Source of the DNA: Acaryochloris marina MBIC11017
GTDB lineage: Bacteria > Cyanobacteriota > Cyanobacteriia > Thermosynechococcales > Thermosynechococcaceae
Assembly: GCF_000018105.1 (NCBI RefSeq)
Contig: NC_009927.1
Location: 300,001-332,000 of the forward strand
Reading direction: 5' to 3'
DNA length: 32,000 bases
Shown in pieces: positions 1 through 8,515 of this stretch. The position numbers and the translations under genes were made by a program. The notes under the pieces were generated by a model. The model was not told where the DNA came from. It made no database searches and was given only the letters and a program-made list of their open reading frames with translations. Every line of letters begins with the position of its first letter. Position 1 is the first letter of the stretch.

Positions 1-290
1 AATAGTGCTGATTTTAAATATGTTTATTCGAATTATTCAATAACTATTTTATGTAGTTGTATAACTTTATTGCTGTGAGATTTTTTAGATCATTTTTCAG
101 GATTTACCTGTTAAGAAAATATGATTTTGAGTAGCTCCTTCCTACTCTTAGGCCTGATGATTTCGACGCAACTTACCGATTTTGTAAAGCAGAAGATGAG
201 GAGAGTACTTTTTGAAACCTCACGGTTATGAAGTCACAAAAATAGATACTACTCATTATTAAAATACAAAAGCATTTTAAGGTTAGAAGA

Positions 291-956
291 ATGAACAAGA
301 AAAATTTACTAGCATTAGCTTGTATATTACCACTATTTATTCAGGCTCCAGTCCATTCTGAATCTCAACAGCCTAGTGGTAGAAACTGCCGCCATATAAA
401 ATCAGTATTACAATTAGCAGATGATAATAATCTTGATACTGAAATTCTTATTAAACTCCAAGAAAAATATTGCTCTACTAACCATTCGGATAAACTATTT
501 ATTCTTCCTGAACAACAGACTGAAAAGACTTGCTCAGAGATAACAACTATAGGTAACTTCTCTTATGTTAGCAATGATCAACAATCCAGAGAACTATCAA
601 AGCAAATAGTTAATCGTTCAAAATTTATATGTAGATTTGATGATGGTAATGGATCATTTGATTGGGGAAATGGTCAAACAGCGAAATCAATAGGTGGTAC
701 TTGGTATTACCCAAATGGTCAAACAGCGAAATCAATAGGTGATACTTGGTATTACCCAAATGGTAACCGTGCTTCTTCTGTTTCTACCAGTTTATTGCCA
801 TGGGCTTGCGAAAAAGTAGAACAAGAAATATGTGATCGAAGGTTATCACTAGTTTCTAAGCTACAACAATCAAATGATTCAACTAATGAAGATTATAGAG
901 AATTTTATCTTAATCAATCTATTATTATGCTCGCTTGGCATGCACATCTTCAATAG
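291..956 (+). CDS. Hypothetical secreted protein (221 aa) with an N-terminal signal peptide and an internal tandem 15-aa repeat
   Basis: ORF track. The N-terminus MNKKNLLALACILPLFIQAPVHS looks like a signal peptide. The repeat GQTAKSIGxTWYYPN occurs twice. The gene is low in G+C. No family was recognised. Confidence 0.6.
   Translation: MNKKNLLALACILPLFIQAPVHSESQQPSGRNCRHIKSVLQLADDNNLDTEILIKLQEKYCSTNHSDKLFILPEQQTEKTCSEITTIGNFSYVSNDQQSRELSKQIVNRSKFICRFDDGNGSFDWGNGQTAKSIGGTWYYPNGQTAKSIGDTWYYPNGNRASSVSTSLLPWACEKVEQEICDRRLSLVSKLQQSNDSTNEDYREFYLNQSIIMLAWHAHLQ
668..764 (+). repeat. 45-bp tandem duplication (about 2.1 copies, one mismatch) inside ORF 291-956
   Basis: aaatggtcaaacagcgaaatcaataggtgGtacttggtattaccc at 668-712 is repeated at 713-757 with G changed to A. 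A third unit starts at 758 and then diverges. Confidence 0.9.
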
Positions 957-1370
957 TGATTAGGAACTATGAAATTTTGCCTTTATCGCATGCATTACTT
1001 CTGAACAAAAATTATTCATAATAAATAATACAATAATTTGTTTGACAAAAGAGGGCTTCATTCGCATTAATTTCACATAATTTTTAGTGAATTGAGTTGC
1101 TTCAGCACCCATAGTTTCAAGCATAATTAAATAATACATAACGCTGGTGTGCCGACGAAACATATCTAGCGAATATCGGGACACAGGACGCTGGCCGCAT
1201 TGTCGGGGTATCTTGAGGTCACCGCTGAGCAGGTGGAGGGGGCGATTGCGAAGTTGATGTTTTAGTTAGGGTTGGTAAGGCATTCTAAAGAAAATCCCAT
1301 AAGGATCTGGTTGATTTTGAAGTAACGCAATGTTGCAATGGTCTACCATACCAATTGAAATATTGATTCA

Positions 1371-1925
1371 ATGCAAGACTCTTTACCCGAATCACTCAGC
1401 AAACTCCTAGGTAACATTTCTACAGATCAGCAAAACTATGTTCTAGAAGCCCGAAAGCAGATCTTAGGATTTGATGATCACATCATCGAAGTGGGGCGAA
1501 CCACTTCAACAGAATATGGCCTTAGGAAAGGAGAAAAGCAGATCTATAAAACCTTGATGTGTGCTAAATTCATTCCGTTTCATAGAGGAGTGTACCGTCC
1601 AAAACTGTTGCTATTACTCCCTTATCCAAAGCGTGAATGGGCTGGGCAAGGCAGTGGAAGAACCTATAAGCGAGAGAAAGTGAAGGGTCTCACCTGGGTA
1701 GAAGCGAGTCATACTAAAGCGTGGGATCAGAACTCACAACTCAAACTGTATTTTTATACAGGGAAGTCACAAAGTCGATATAGCTCCGTGATGGACCTAA
1801 CCCCTTATGAATCAATGTGTCATCTATTATTGGGTAAGGAAGATCTGAAATTCACATCTCTGTTCGACATCATCAATCTTGCTTTGAACGAGTGGAAGCT
1901 GCAAGTTGATGAGCGGGATCAATGA
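1371..1925 (+). CDS. Hypothetical protein (184 aa)
   Basis: ORF track only; no motif recognised. Its stop overlaps a downstream ATG (caATGA at 1922-1925). Confidence 0.5.
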   Translation: MQDSLPESLSKLLGNISTDQQNYVLEARKQILGFDDHIIEVGRTTSTEYGLRKGEKQIYKTLMCAKFIPFHRGVYRPKLLLLLPYPKREWAGQGSGRTYKREKVKGLTWVEASHTKAWDQNSQLKLYFYTGKSQSRYSSVMDLTPYESMCHLLLGKEDLKFTSLFDIINLALNEWKLQVDERDQ

Positions 1926-2266
1926 TTACTCCAATCTGTGCTTGCCACCAGTGAGATCGCTTCAGTGGATACCTCACTGAAGGCTTCCTCGTCTGTGCCA
2001 TCCATCCCAGTGGCCCAGTTCAGCATCCTTGCCCTGACTTCGCAGAAGTAGTCGAGGACTGGGAACCAGTGGGGGCATTTTATAAGGATAATGAGTTGAT
2101 CAAGGACTGGGTGGGATATCTCGCTGCATCGGAGCGGATAGAGGTTCTGGAAACACACCCCTTTTTCACGGGAGTCTGTTCAAAGTGCTGTGCAAGCTTT
2201 GGGGATAGCAGACCCATCCACTACGATTGCAACAATTGTGGCTGGATGGATGATTCCATTAACTGA
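1922..2266 (+). pseudogene. Cys-rich small ORF (115 codons) starting at an ATGA overlap and interrupted by one in-frame TGA at codon 11. The conservative alternative is a CDS at 2069-2266 with a GTG start.
   Basis: The frame reads atg att act cca atc tgt gct tgc cac cag TGA (1952-1954). It is then open for 104 codons to the stop at 2264-2266. The C-terminus CSKCCASFGDSRPIHYDCNNCGW looks like a zinc ribbon. Confidence 0.35.
1960..1982 (+). other. Perfect 8-bp stem / 7-nt loop hairpin beginning 5 nt after the in-frame TGA
   Basis: cttcagtg (1960-1967), loop gatacct, cactgaag (1975-1982). No T-run follows. Confidence 0.6.
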
Positions 2267-2327
2267 GACAAACTGAGACAGATAACTAACCCAAGCTTTT
2301 GCCTTTGCCTATTCTGAAGAGCAGCTA

Positions 2328-2621
2328 ATGAACTGGATCATTCTGATAATTTGCATGATTGCATTCATCGTTTACTGGAGTAAATGGAGACAAAGCCGAG
2401 GTAACCTCGGCAGGGTCATTGACTACAGCAAAGGAAATAAGGGCGCGCGAAGGGAGCAATGGCAAAATTACTCTTCAAGCAAAGCAAAGCTGATTCAGAG
2501 GATTGGCCGTGAAGCTACAGAGCGTCTGATCGTCAACGTACTTCTGGATAATCCGAGTAAATCGAGAACCTGGTGCTCGGATAAAGCCTTACGTGACCTG
2601 GAACGAGATCAAGGTCTGTAA
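2328..2621 (+). CDS. Small membrane-anchored hypothetical protein (97 aa)
   Basis: Hydrophobic N-terminus MNWIILIICMIAFIVYW. It overlaps the downstream nuclease ORF by 29 nt, which suggests an operon. Confidence 0.45.
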   Translation: MNWIILIICMIAFIVYWSKWRQSRGNLGRVIDYSKGNKGARREQWQNYSSSKAKLIQRIGREATERLIVNVLLDNPSKSRTWCSDKALRDLERDQGL

Positions 2622-3150
2622 GACAATAACAATCCCAAGACAGCTACTCTGTATTCTTCTCCCCATAGCAGTATTGGGGTGTGACCCACCTTCCAGCACC
2701 ATAACCAACGACGTTGCCCCAGCGAACACCACCCCCGCCGAAGTTCTCAGCACGGGTGATGGGGATACTTTGAAGGTGCGATCTAAAGACGGTACATCGA
2801 GCAAGATTCGCATTGGCTGCATTGACGCACCAGAGTCTTCGCAGGAGTATGGACCGGAGGCAGGCCAAAGACTCAAAGCATTGCTACCCAGTGGAATAAC
2901 TATCGAGCTTTGGGAAATTACCACGGATCAATATGGCCGCACTGTTGCGGAGATCTATTCTGAGGGGAAATCGGTTGGGCTTCAGCTTGTCCAGGAAGGC
3001 TATGCCGTTGTGTACCACCGCTACCTTGAGGGCTGTTCAGCGACTGCGGATCAGTATATTGCTGCTGAGGAAGAGGCGCGATCACAGAAGCTGAATTTCT
3101 GGAGTCAGAGCAATCCAGAGATGCCGTGGGATTTTAGAAGATCTAGATAA
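2593..3150 (+). CDS. Staphylococcal (micrococcal) nuclease-like thermonuclease, probable lipoprotein
   Basis: GTG is the only start upstream of a lipobox-like LPIAVLGC. SNase motifs are present: GDGDTLKV, IRIGCIDAPES, DQYGRTVAEIY and LVQEGYAVVY. Confidence 0.85.
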   Translation: MTWNEIKVCKTITIPRQLLCILLPIAVLGCDPPSSTITNDVAPANTTPAEVLSTGDGDTLKVRSKDGTSSKIRIGCIDAPESSQEYGPEAGQRLKALLPSGITIELWEITTDQYGRTVAEIYSEGKSVGLQLVQEGYAVVYHRYLEGCSATADQYIAAEEEARSQKLNFWSQSNPEMPWDFRRSR

Positions 3151-3170
3151 CGGTTCGGACCCATAACAAA

Positions 3171-4007
3171 ATGGAAGAAGCACAGCACCAAAACGCCTTT
3201 TATCCAGAAGATCTAGGGGGTAGGCAAACCCTAAGCATGATGGAGATCCCCGAAGGTGAATTTATGATGGGTTCTCCTGAAGGGGAGATGGATCGTCAAG
3301 ACGATGAAGGGCCACAACATTGGGTCAAAATATCAAGGTTCTACATGTCCCAAACTCCCATCACCCAAACTCAATGGCGAATCGTTGCTCAATGGCCATT
3401 CGTCAATATAGAGCTACAGGGATATCCGTCGTATTTTGAGGGAGAGAAGCGACCCGTTGAAGAAATAAATTGGTTTGAAGCCATCGAATTCTGTGATCGC
3501 CTCACCCAACATACTGGCAGACCGTATCGTCTCCCCACAGAAGCGGAATGGGAATATGCTTGCCGAGCAGGGACCACGACTCCCTTTTATTTCGGTGAAA
3601 CGATTACGACTGACCTAGCGAATTATCGGGGAACAGATTGGGAAAAGTACAATTCGTCAGGTTCCTATGGTTCGGGACCAAAAGGAACGTATCGCGGGGA
3701 AACGACTCCCGTCGATCACTTTCAAGTCACCCATCCGTATGGCCTTAGCGACATGCATGGCAATGTTTTGGAATGGTGCCAAGACACCTGGCATAGTCAT
3801 TATGATGGTGCCCCAGTAGATGGGAGTGTATGGGTTGATGAGGAAGATATTGATTCTGATAAGGTTCTACGTGGCGGTTATTGGGGCGAAAATCCAGGGT
3901 TCTGTCGTTCCGCATGCCGCTCAGGGACCGATCCCGACAACCGCAATTTCGATATTGGTTTCCGGGTTGTTTGTTCGCCTCAAGGTCTTCCTTATAGCCA
4001 TAGATGA
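3171..4007 (+). CDS. FGE-sulfatase (SUMF1/formylglycine-generating enzyme fold) domain protein, cytoplasmic
   Basis: Motifs RLPTEAEWEYACRAG, MHGNVLEWCQD, LRGGYW and FRVVC are typical of the FGE-sulfatase domain. There is no signal peptide. Confidence 0.85.
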   Translation: MEEAQHQNAFYPEDLGGRQTLSMMEIPEGEFMMGSPEGEMDRQDDEGPQHWVKISRFYMSQTPITQTQWRIVAQWPFVNIELQGYPSYFEGEKRPVEEINWFEAIEFCDRLTQHTGRPYRLPTEAEWEYACRAGTTTPFYFGETITTDLANYRGTDWEKYNSSGSYGSGPKGTYRGETTPVDHFQVTHPYGLSDMHGNVLEWCQDTWHSHYDGAPVDGSVWVDEEDIDSDKVLRGGYWGENPGFCRSACRSGTDPDNRNFDIGFRVVCSPQGLPYSHR

Positions 4008-4082
4008 TCTCGGCTGTGATCATCACGGTGATGATTGACACACAGCGGATCTGTGGGAATTTTGGACCGTCAGGTCTTGAGC

Positions 4083-4325
4083 CTAGCTGGCCTGATCAGG
4101 AACATATCGATGCTCTAACGGTATCTTCTCAATCGCCGCTCTCTGCCGTGCATCTCGTTCCGCTTTCTGTCGAGCAGCAATCCTAGCCCTAGCCGCTTTA
4201 GCCCGCATTGCCTTGGCATCGCTGTTGTAGTCCTTCTGAATTTCCTCGGTGTTACGAGATGGGGCTGGGGCGTATTGGTCTTGCTCTGACATCAGGGATG
4301 GAATGGGTGAATAGACCTCTAGCAA
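4083..4325 (-). CDS. Small basic hypothetical protein (80 aa or shorter)
   Basis: ORF track. Contains the Ala/Arg/Lys-rich helix AKAMRAKAARARIAARQKAERDARQRAA. No family recognised. Confidence 0.3.
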   Translation of the reverse strand: MLEVYSPIPSLMSEQDQYAPAPSRNTEEIQKDYNSDAKAMRAKAARARIAARQKAERDARQRAAIEKIPLEHRYVPDQAS

Positions 4326-4373
4326 TATTTAGCTAACGATGTGCTATTGCTGTCTTCTAGAAAACTGTCCTGG

Positions 4374-5261
4374 CTATACTCCAAAAGCCTCAAGGATTGT
4401 TCGTTCCATTTCATCAGCTACTTTCTTAAATCCTTGAGCTGATAAATGTAGCTCATTTTCCCAGTCTCCGTCTTTAATAATTATTCGCAAGTCGATGTGA
4501 TAGACATTATTTGGGTATTTATCAGATAAATCTTTAAGCATTTCATTGAGGCTATCAATAAGCCTTTTAGCTATCACTTTTCCTTCTGCTTGAGAAATCC
4601 CTTTTCGTCTTAGTGCAGGTTCAAACCAAGGTCCGATGAATTCGTAATCACCTATCTCAATGACAGCTCTTCCGTCAGGTGTTGGATATCCATAACCATG
4701 TAAAAATATTTTAATATCTGACTTTGCAGATATAACTTCTTTAATCAAAAATTCGAACATTTCATAAAATACTTTATTGGTCATAAAGTCAAGATAATCT
4801 TCTTTGAGGTGAATAGTACTCAATTGTGATCGAGAGTGATGTAAGAACGGTTCGAATTTAAAACCATTCGGTCCTGCAACATCATTACCTACGCCAGAAA
4901 ATAGAAAAAAGTCTGGTTCGTATTTATCTATAAGTGCTAAAGCTTTTACAAGTTGAGGGCTATTTACTAATGGATTTGTTCCAAAGGTCATATTTTCTAA
5001 GGTATCACCCGCCTTAGCAACTCGTAAAAGATTTATCTTACTTCGCATATTCAGTTGGTTGATAAGATCACCTAGCGAAATATCACTAACCCAAGCAGGA
5101 GGATAATCAAACCAAGAATCACCTTCAGCAATACCCTTTAAAGCTTCGGGTTTAATTTTCATTCGTAGTTTAAACCATTCTTCATTCGATTGATCACGAA
5201 AGCTTGAACTAGATGCATCAATAACCTCACTTTCAAATCTCAAATCATTAAGTCTTGACAT
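4374..5261 (-). CDS. SGNH/GDSL-type hydrolase (lipase/esterase-like), low GC
   Basis: GDSWFDYP (block I Ser), FSGVGNDV (block III GxND) and C-terminal NELHLSAQG (block V His region). There is no signal peptide. Hand-counted 60-nt lines give about 27-40% G+C. Confidence 0.7.
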   Translation of the reverse strand: MSRLNDLRFESEVIDASSSSFRDQSNEEWFKLRMKIKPEALKGIAEGDSWFDYPPAWVSDISLGDLINQLNMRSKINLLRVAKAGDTLENMTFGTNPLVNSPQLVKALALIDKYEPDFFLFSGVGNDVAGPNGFKFEPFLHHSRSQLSTIHLKEDYLDFMTNKVFYEMFEFLIKEVISAKSDIKIFLHGYGYPTPDGRAVIEIGDYEFIGPWFEPALRRKGISQAEGKVIAKRLIDSLNEMLKDLSDKYPNNVYHIDLRIIIKDGDWENELHLSAQGFKKVADEMERTILEAFGV

Positions 5262-5698
5262 AGATTTAGAGTTCCTTTTTTTTAGAAATTTCTAATACCG
5301 TAACTTGGAACTTTAATCCATATGTTTTATCTCAAAGTATTTTTTAATCTTGTGAATTAAATCTTAAGGATTCAGTAATGCAAGTGGAACTGACGGAAAT
5401 GGTTACCTAAATTTCTGGAACAGTGATTACTAGCTCAAATTTTTATGATCTCTGTAGTTAAACAGTCTTCAGATCGAAGGTGTTTAATTATTCAGTTCAT
5501 TCAATTGAGCAATTTGCTGTTCTATCCCTCTTTTATCACTTTGATAGGAGAGTATCTGTAAGCTTGAAATTGTGTTAGTACATGGCCTGGTGATTGGATT
5601 CACTCTAAACGGCCTTCCAATAGCGACATTTGCTGTTGGCGAATATGCTACAGAGTAGAAATTGATTGTAATAAAACCTTTTCCTTGGCGTGTCTTAA

Positions 5699-8515
5699 TT
5701 ACGCCGCTACGCCGACTTTTTTCTTGTCGTAGTTGTGTTGCTTCAGCATCTTGATTTCCTGAGTGGAAAGCTTCCCTGGCTGCTGTGAGTCGAGGGCAAA
5801 TCCCTCAGCCTTCGCGAAGAGCTCGTTCTCCGAAGGACAACCTTCAGGTAGGAAGAACACTGCATCCGACATGCGAATACGGCCGTCATTGTCGTGGTCC
5901 ATGTAGACCTGTCTGTCGGTGAGATCGACCAGATAGGATTTGTCGCCATCATGGACCCGATAGATCTCGTAGTTTTCGAGCCCTTTACCGGTCCAGTGAG
6001 CCTCTAGGTAAGCCGCACCAGCTCCGAAATCGAGTAGGTTTTCTTCGCCGTAGTCGACGTGTGATTCGATCGGGTGCGGGATGTTAGTCCGCATGTTGCT
6101 GAACGCGTTCGGCCGCTCTCTGCCCTCGAGATACTCCCGGAACTCATCGCCGCCGAAGAGGCCGAGAAGATGCTCGAAGGTGACCGCGTTGACGATGTTA
6201 GTACCGGTTGGAGTAACTTGTTCGGGCCCTGCGTAATTGGTGAGCCATTCGTTGTGCATGAACCGGGTAGACGCCTCCATCACGAAGTTCATAAACGTTG
6301 GATTGGGCACCGCGTAGCCTTCGGGCCGGAACTCGTCGGCGAGCTGCCCCATTCCCGTGGTCAGAAATAGTTCACCGCTCGCCTCGTTATAGGGGCCAAA
6401 GAGCTGCTCCCATCGTTGGATAACTTCCTGCGCATTCTTAGAATCGGGTTCTTTGAAAAGTTCGCGGTAGCTCTTGAGGCCCGGAATATTCAGACGTTCC
6501 AGAAAGCTGTTATATCTGCCTGTACCACGATCCAAGCCCCGCTGCACATCGGTTTCACCGATGCGCGTAGTGCCTCCGGCGGTTGCAAGGTGGGCGAACT
6601 CTGGTAGGTAGTTGTTGAGGGTGAATGCCCCAACCGAGGTGTTCATCAGCATGTGGGCGATACGGCCGATGCCTTCACGCTGGAGCAGTTCGTTTCCAGT
6701 AGAGCCGAGCGTCTCAGTGAGGGAAATAAACTCTCCACCTGCCACCGGTTTGCCTTGCTCATGAATATCGCAGAGAGCCATGTCGAACCCATCTGGCTGA
6801 AGCGCGTGGCCCACCGGACGATAGGTTTCCGAGAAGTCGAGACCTTTAAGTTCCGGATCCGAGAACATCTGCGCAATCTTCGGGTTGCCGGCGAGGCCGT
6901 GTAGGGCCGGATGGGTCCCTTTGTGCAGCGGATCGTGCACAAGCTTCTGGCGAAGCGGTGTTCTGCCCTGTAAGAGCCCAAATTGGTTGCTGTGCAGGGC
7001 CCGGGTTGCGGTCTCGTGGCCAAAGAGCATTGGCGTCCAAAATGCAGTGTGGACCTTGGCCCGGGTCTGAATGACGATGTTTGCTGCCTTCCAGTACAAC
7101 TGATTGTCAGTGAGTTCAGGATGTCGCTTAGCCAGAATGTCGCAGACCAAATTGTGGAATCGCACGTAAACCGTGCGAATGAGTGTAACTCCAATCGACA
7201 TATTCTGGTCGATACCAGTTTGGATCGTCTTAGCGCCACTCTCGTGCTCGATGTTAGGTAGCCACTTACCGTCTTGGAGGTAGATTTTACCGCCAGGGAG
7301 CATTTCGCCAGTGGCAGGATCGGTACGCATCCGCTTGACCGCCTCAGGGGTACTACCGCGGTCGGGGCTTCCGTCCCATGCATTCGTTGTGGAGGACAAG
7401 ACCGCGCCGGTTTTGGGATCTATCTCGTTGGCGCGAATCCAGACCCACTCAATGCCGAGCTCCGCCTCCGGAGACCCGGACGCCACCGGAATAGGTATCT
7501 TCTTATGCTCATTGAACGCGGGCATGAGAACGTCGTGGGGTAGGTCGAAGAGGTGGTCGATTGCGAACACGTTGAGGTGGTCGGCGGTTTCTCGCCGACC
7601 AGTCGCATAGAGCTCGGCCTGTGCAATTTCGGCCGCAGAGGGCAGCAGGTGTTCGTACTTGTTAGGCTTATCACCCAACCCGCCGTGGATCGGAATCGGT
7701 TGCCCCACCGCCCCTGCGCTTGGGAGATCGGGGTCGGTGAAAAAACCACCGGGGCCAGGGTGTTTGGCGGTGTAGCTCGAACTCAAGTCGCTCTGGGTCT
7801 TCATCGACTCCGGGATATTTCGACCCGCGAGGAGTTCATTTCGGTCGCTCGCTAGACGAAGCAAACCAATGGTGGAGGGGAGATAGGTCCAAATTCCGTG
7901 GCGCATCGCTTGGCGGTATTTGCCGAAGCGTGAGAATACGGTGTCCACAACCTTGAAGATACAGCTCGTTAACCCCTGGACGAGATCGAAGGCACCACCC
8001 AAGAGCAGATTGATGCCTTTCCGCCACAATGAGGGCTTCGGAACATAGACCTTCAGCGGCTCCTCATTAAAGTCCATGATGTCCTTGTTTGGGCCTTCCC
8101 AGAATTCGCGGAGCACTCTATTTGCGTCGCCGGAGCGGTAGGTATCGGTGATAGGGCTCTTACGTTCGACCGATTCACCATTCATAGCCGCCTGCCCTGT
8201 AACCCGAGCGCGATCTTGCCACCAGCTTGCATGGTTGGACTCTGGGAATCTTTCCCCTAATTCACGGAAGATTTTGGCTGCGCCCTTCGGGTCACCGCTT
8301 TCAAATTTAGCAAGGGCGAGGCGTTCGATGTCGGTTTGCGAGGCTGAGCCATCCGCTACCTTGATATTCAGAAGCGTGATGGCCTGGGCATGGTTCCCCG
8401 CGTTCATTGCCTCGAGCGGATCACCTGTCTCGAGGCCAGGCGACTGGGTGTTCAACTGTACATTCTTGCCAAAACCGAAGGGGCACTTGCTACCTGCGGA
8501 ATTCGGATCATTCAT
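5699..8515 (-). CDS. Haem peroxidase-cyclooxygenase superfamily protein (animal haem peroxidase / alpha-dioxygenase-like), 938 aa, with a C-terminal EF-hand-like loop
   Basis: Motifs VRFHNLVCD (7139-7165), AKVHTAFWTP, ETYRPVGHALQPD (6791-6826) and the EF-hand loop DHDNDGRIRMSD (5864-5899). An SD-like caggag lies about 8 nt upstream of the ATG. The gene is high in G+C and carries many shadow ORFs. Confidence 0.85.
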   Translation of the reverse strand: MNDPNSAGSKCPFGFGKNVQLNTQSPGLETGDPLEAMNAGNHAQAITLLNIKVADGSASQTDIERLALAKFESGDPKGAAKIFRELGERFPESNHASWWQDRARVTGQAAMNGESVERKSPITDTYRSGDANRVLREFWEGPNKDIMDFNEEPLKVYVPKPSLWRKGINLLLGGAFDLVQGLTSCIFKVVDTVFSRFGKYRQAMRHGIWTYLPSTIGLLRLASDRNELLAGRNIPESMKTQSDLSSSYTAKHPGPGGFFTDPDLPSAGAVGQPIPIHGGLGDKPNKYEHLLPSAAEIAQAELYATGRRETADHLNVFAIDHLFDLPHDVLMPAFNEHKKIPIPVASGSPEAELGIEWVWIRANEIDPKTGAVLSSTTNAWDGSPDRGSTPEAVKRMRTDPATGEMLPGGKIYLQDGKWLPNIEHESGAKTIQTGIDQNMSIGVTLIRTVYVRFHNLVCDILAKRHPELTDNQLYWKAANIVIQTRAKVHTAFWTPMLFGHETATRALHSNQFGLLQGRTPLRQKLVHDPLHKGTHPALHGLAGNPKIAQMFSDPELKGLDFSETYRPVGHALQPDGFDMALCDIHEQGKPVAGGEFISLTETLGSTGNELLQREGIGRIAHMLMNTSVGAFTLNNYLPEFAHLATAGGTTRIGETDVQRGLDRGTGRYNSFLERLNIPGLKSYRELFKEPDSKNAQEVIQRWEQLFGPYNEASGELFLTTGMGQLADEFRPEGYAVPNPTFMNFVMEASTRFMHNEWLTNYAGPEQVTPTGTNIVNAVTFEHLLGLFGGDEFREYLEGRERPNAFSNMRTNIPHPIESHVDYGEENLLDFGAGAAYLEAHWTGKGLENYEIYRVHDGDKSYLVDLTDRQVYMDHDNDGRIRMSDAVFFLPEGCPSENELFAKAEGFALDSQQPGKLSTQEIKMLKQHNYDKKKVGVAA

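Noticed and set aside
960-1184. 74-aa minus-strand ORF in AT-rich DNA
   Set aside because: It has no motif or ribosome-binding site, and its composition-driven hydrophobic sequence fits a spurious ORF. It is kept only as a remote possibility.
1952-1982. Selenocysteine (SECIS) interpretation of the TGA plus hairpin
   Set aside because: This is not adopted as the call. Sec-decoding machinery is, to my knowledge, generally lacking in cyanobacteria, and the hairpin lacks the features I recall for bacterial SECIS apical loops. It is reported only as something to check.
1919-2158. 79-aa minus-strand ORF
   Set aside because: It is antisense to the longer, more protein-like plus-strand frame 1955-2266 and overlaps the end of ORF 1371-1925. 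It is judged a shadow ORF.
2589-4041. Antisense or alternative-frame ORFs within the nuclease and FGE genes (2589-2924, 2644-2868, 3389-3577, 3745-4041, 3820-4038, 4004-4186)
   Set aside because: They overlap genes with clear family motifs and show no motifs of their own.
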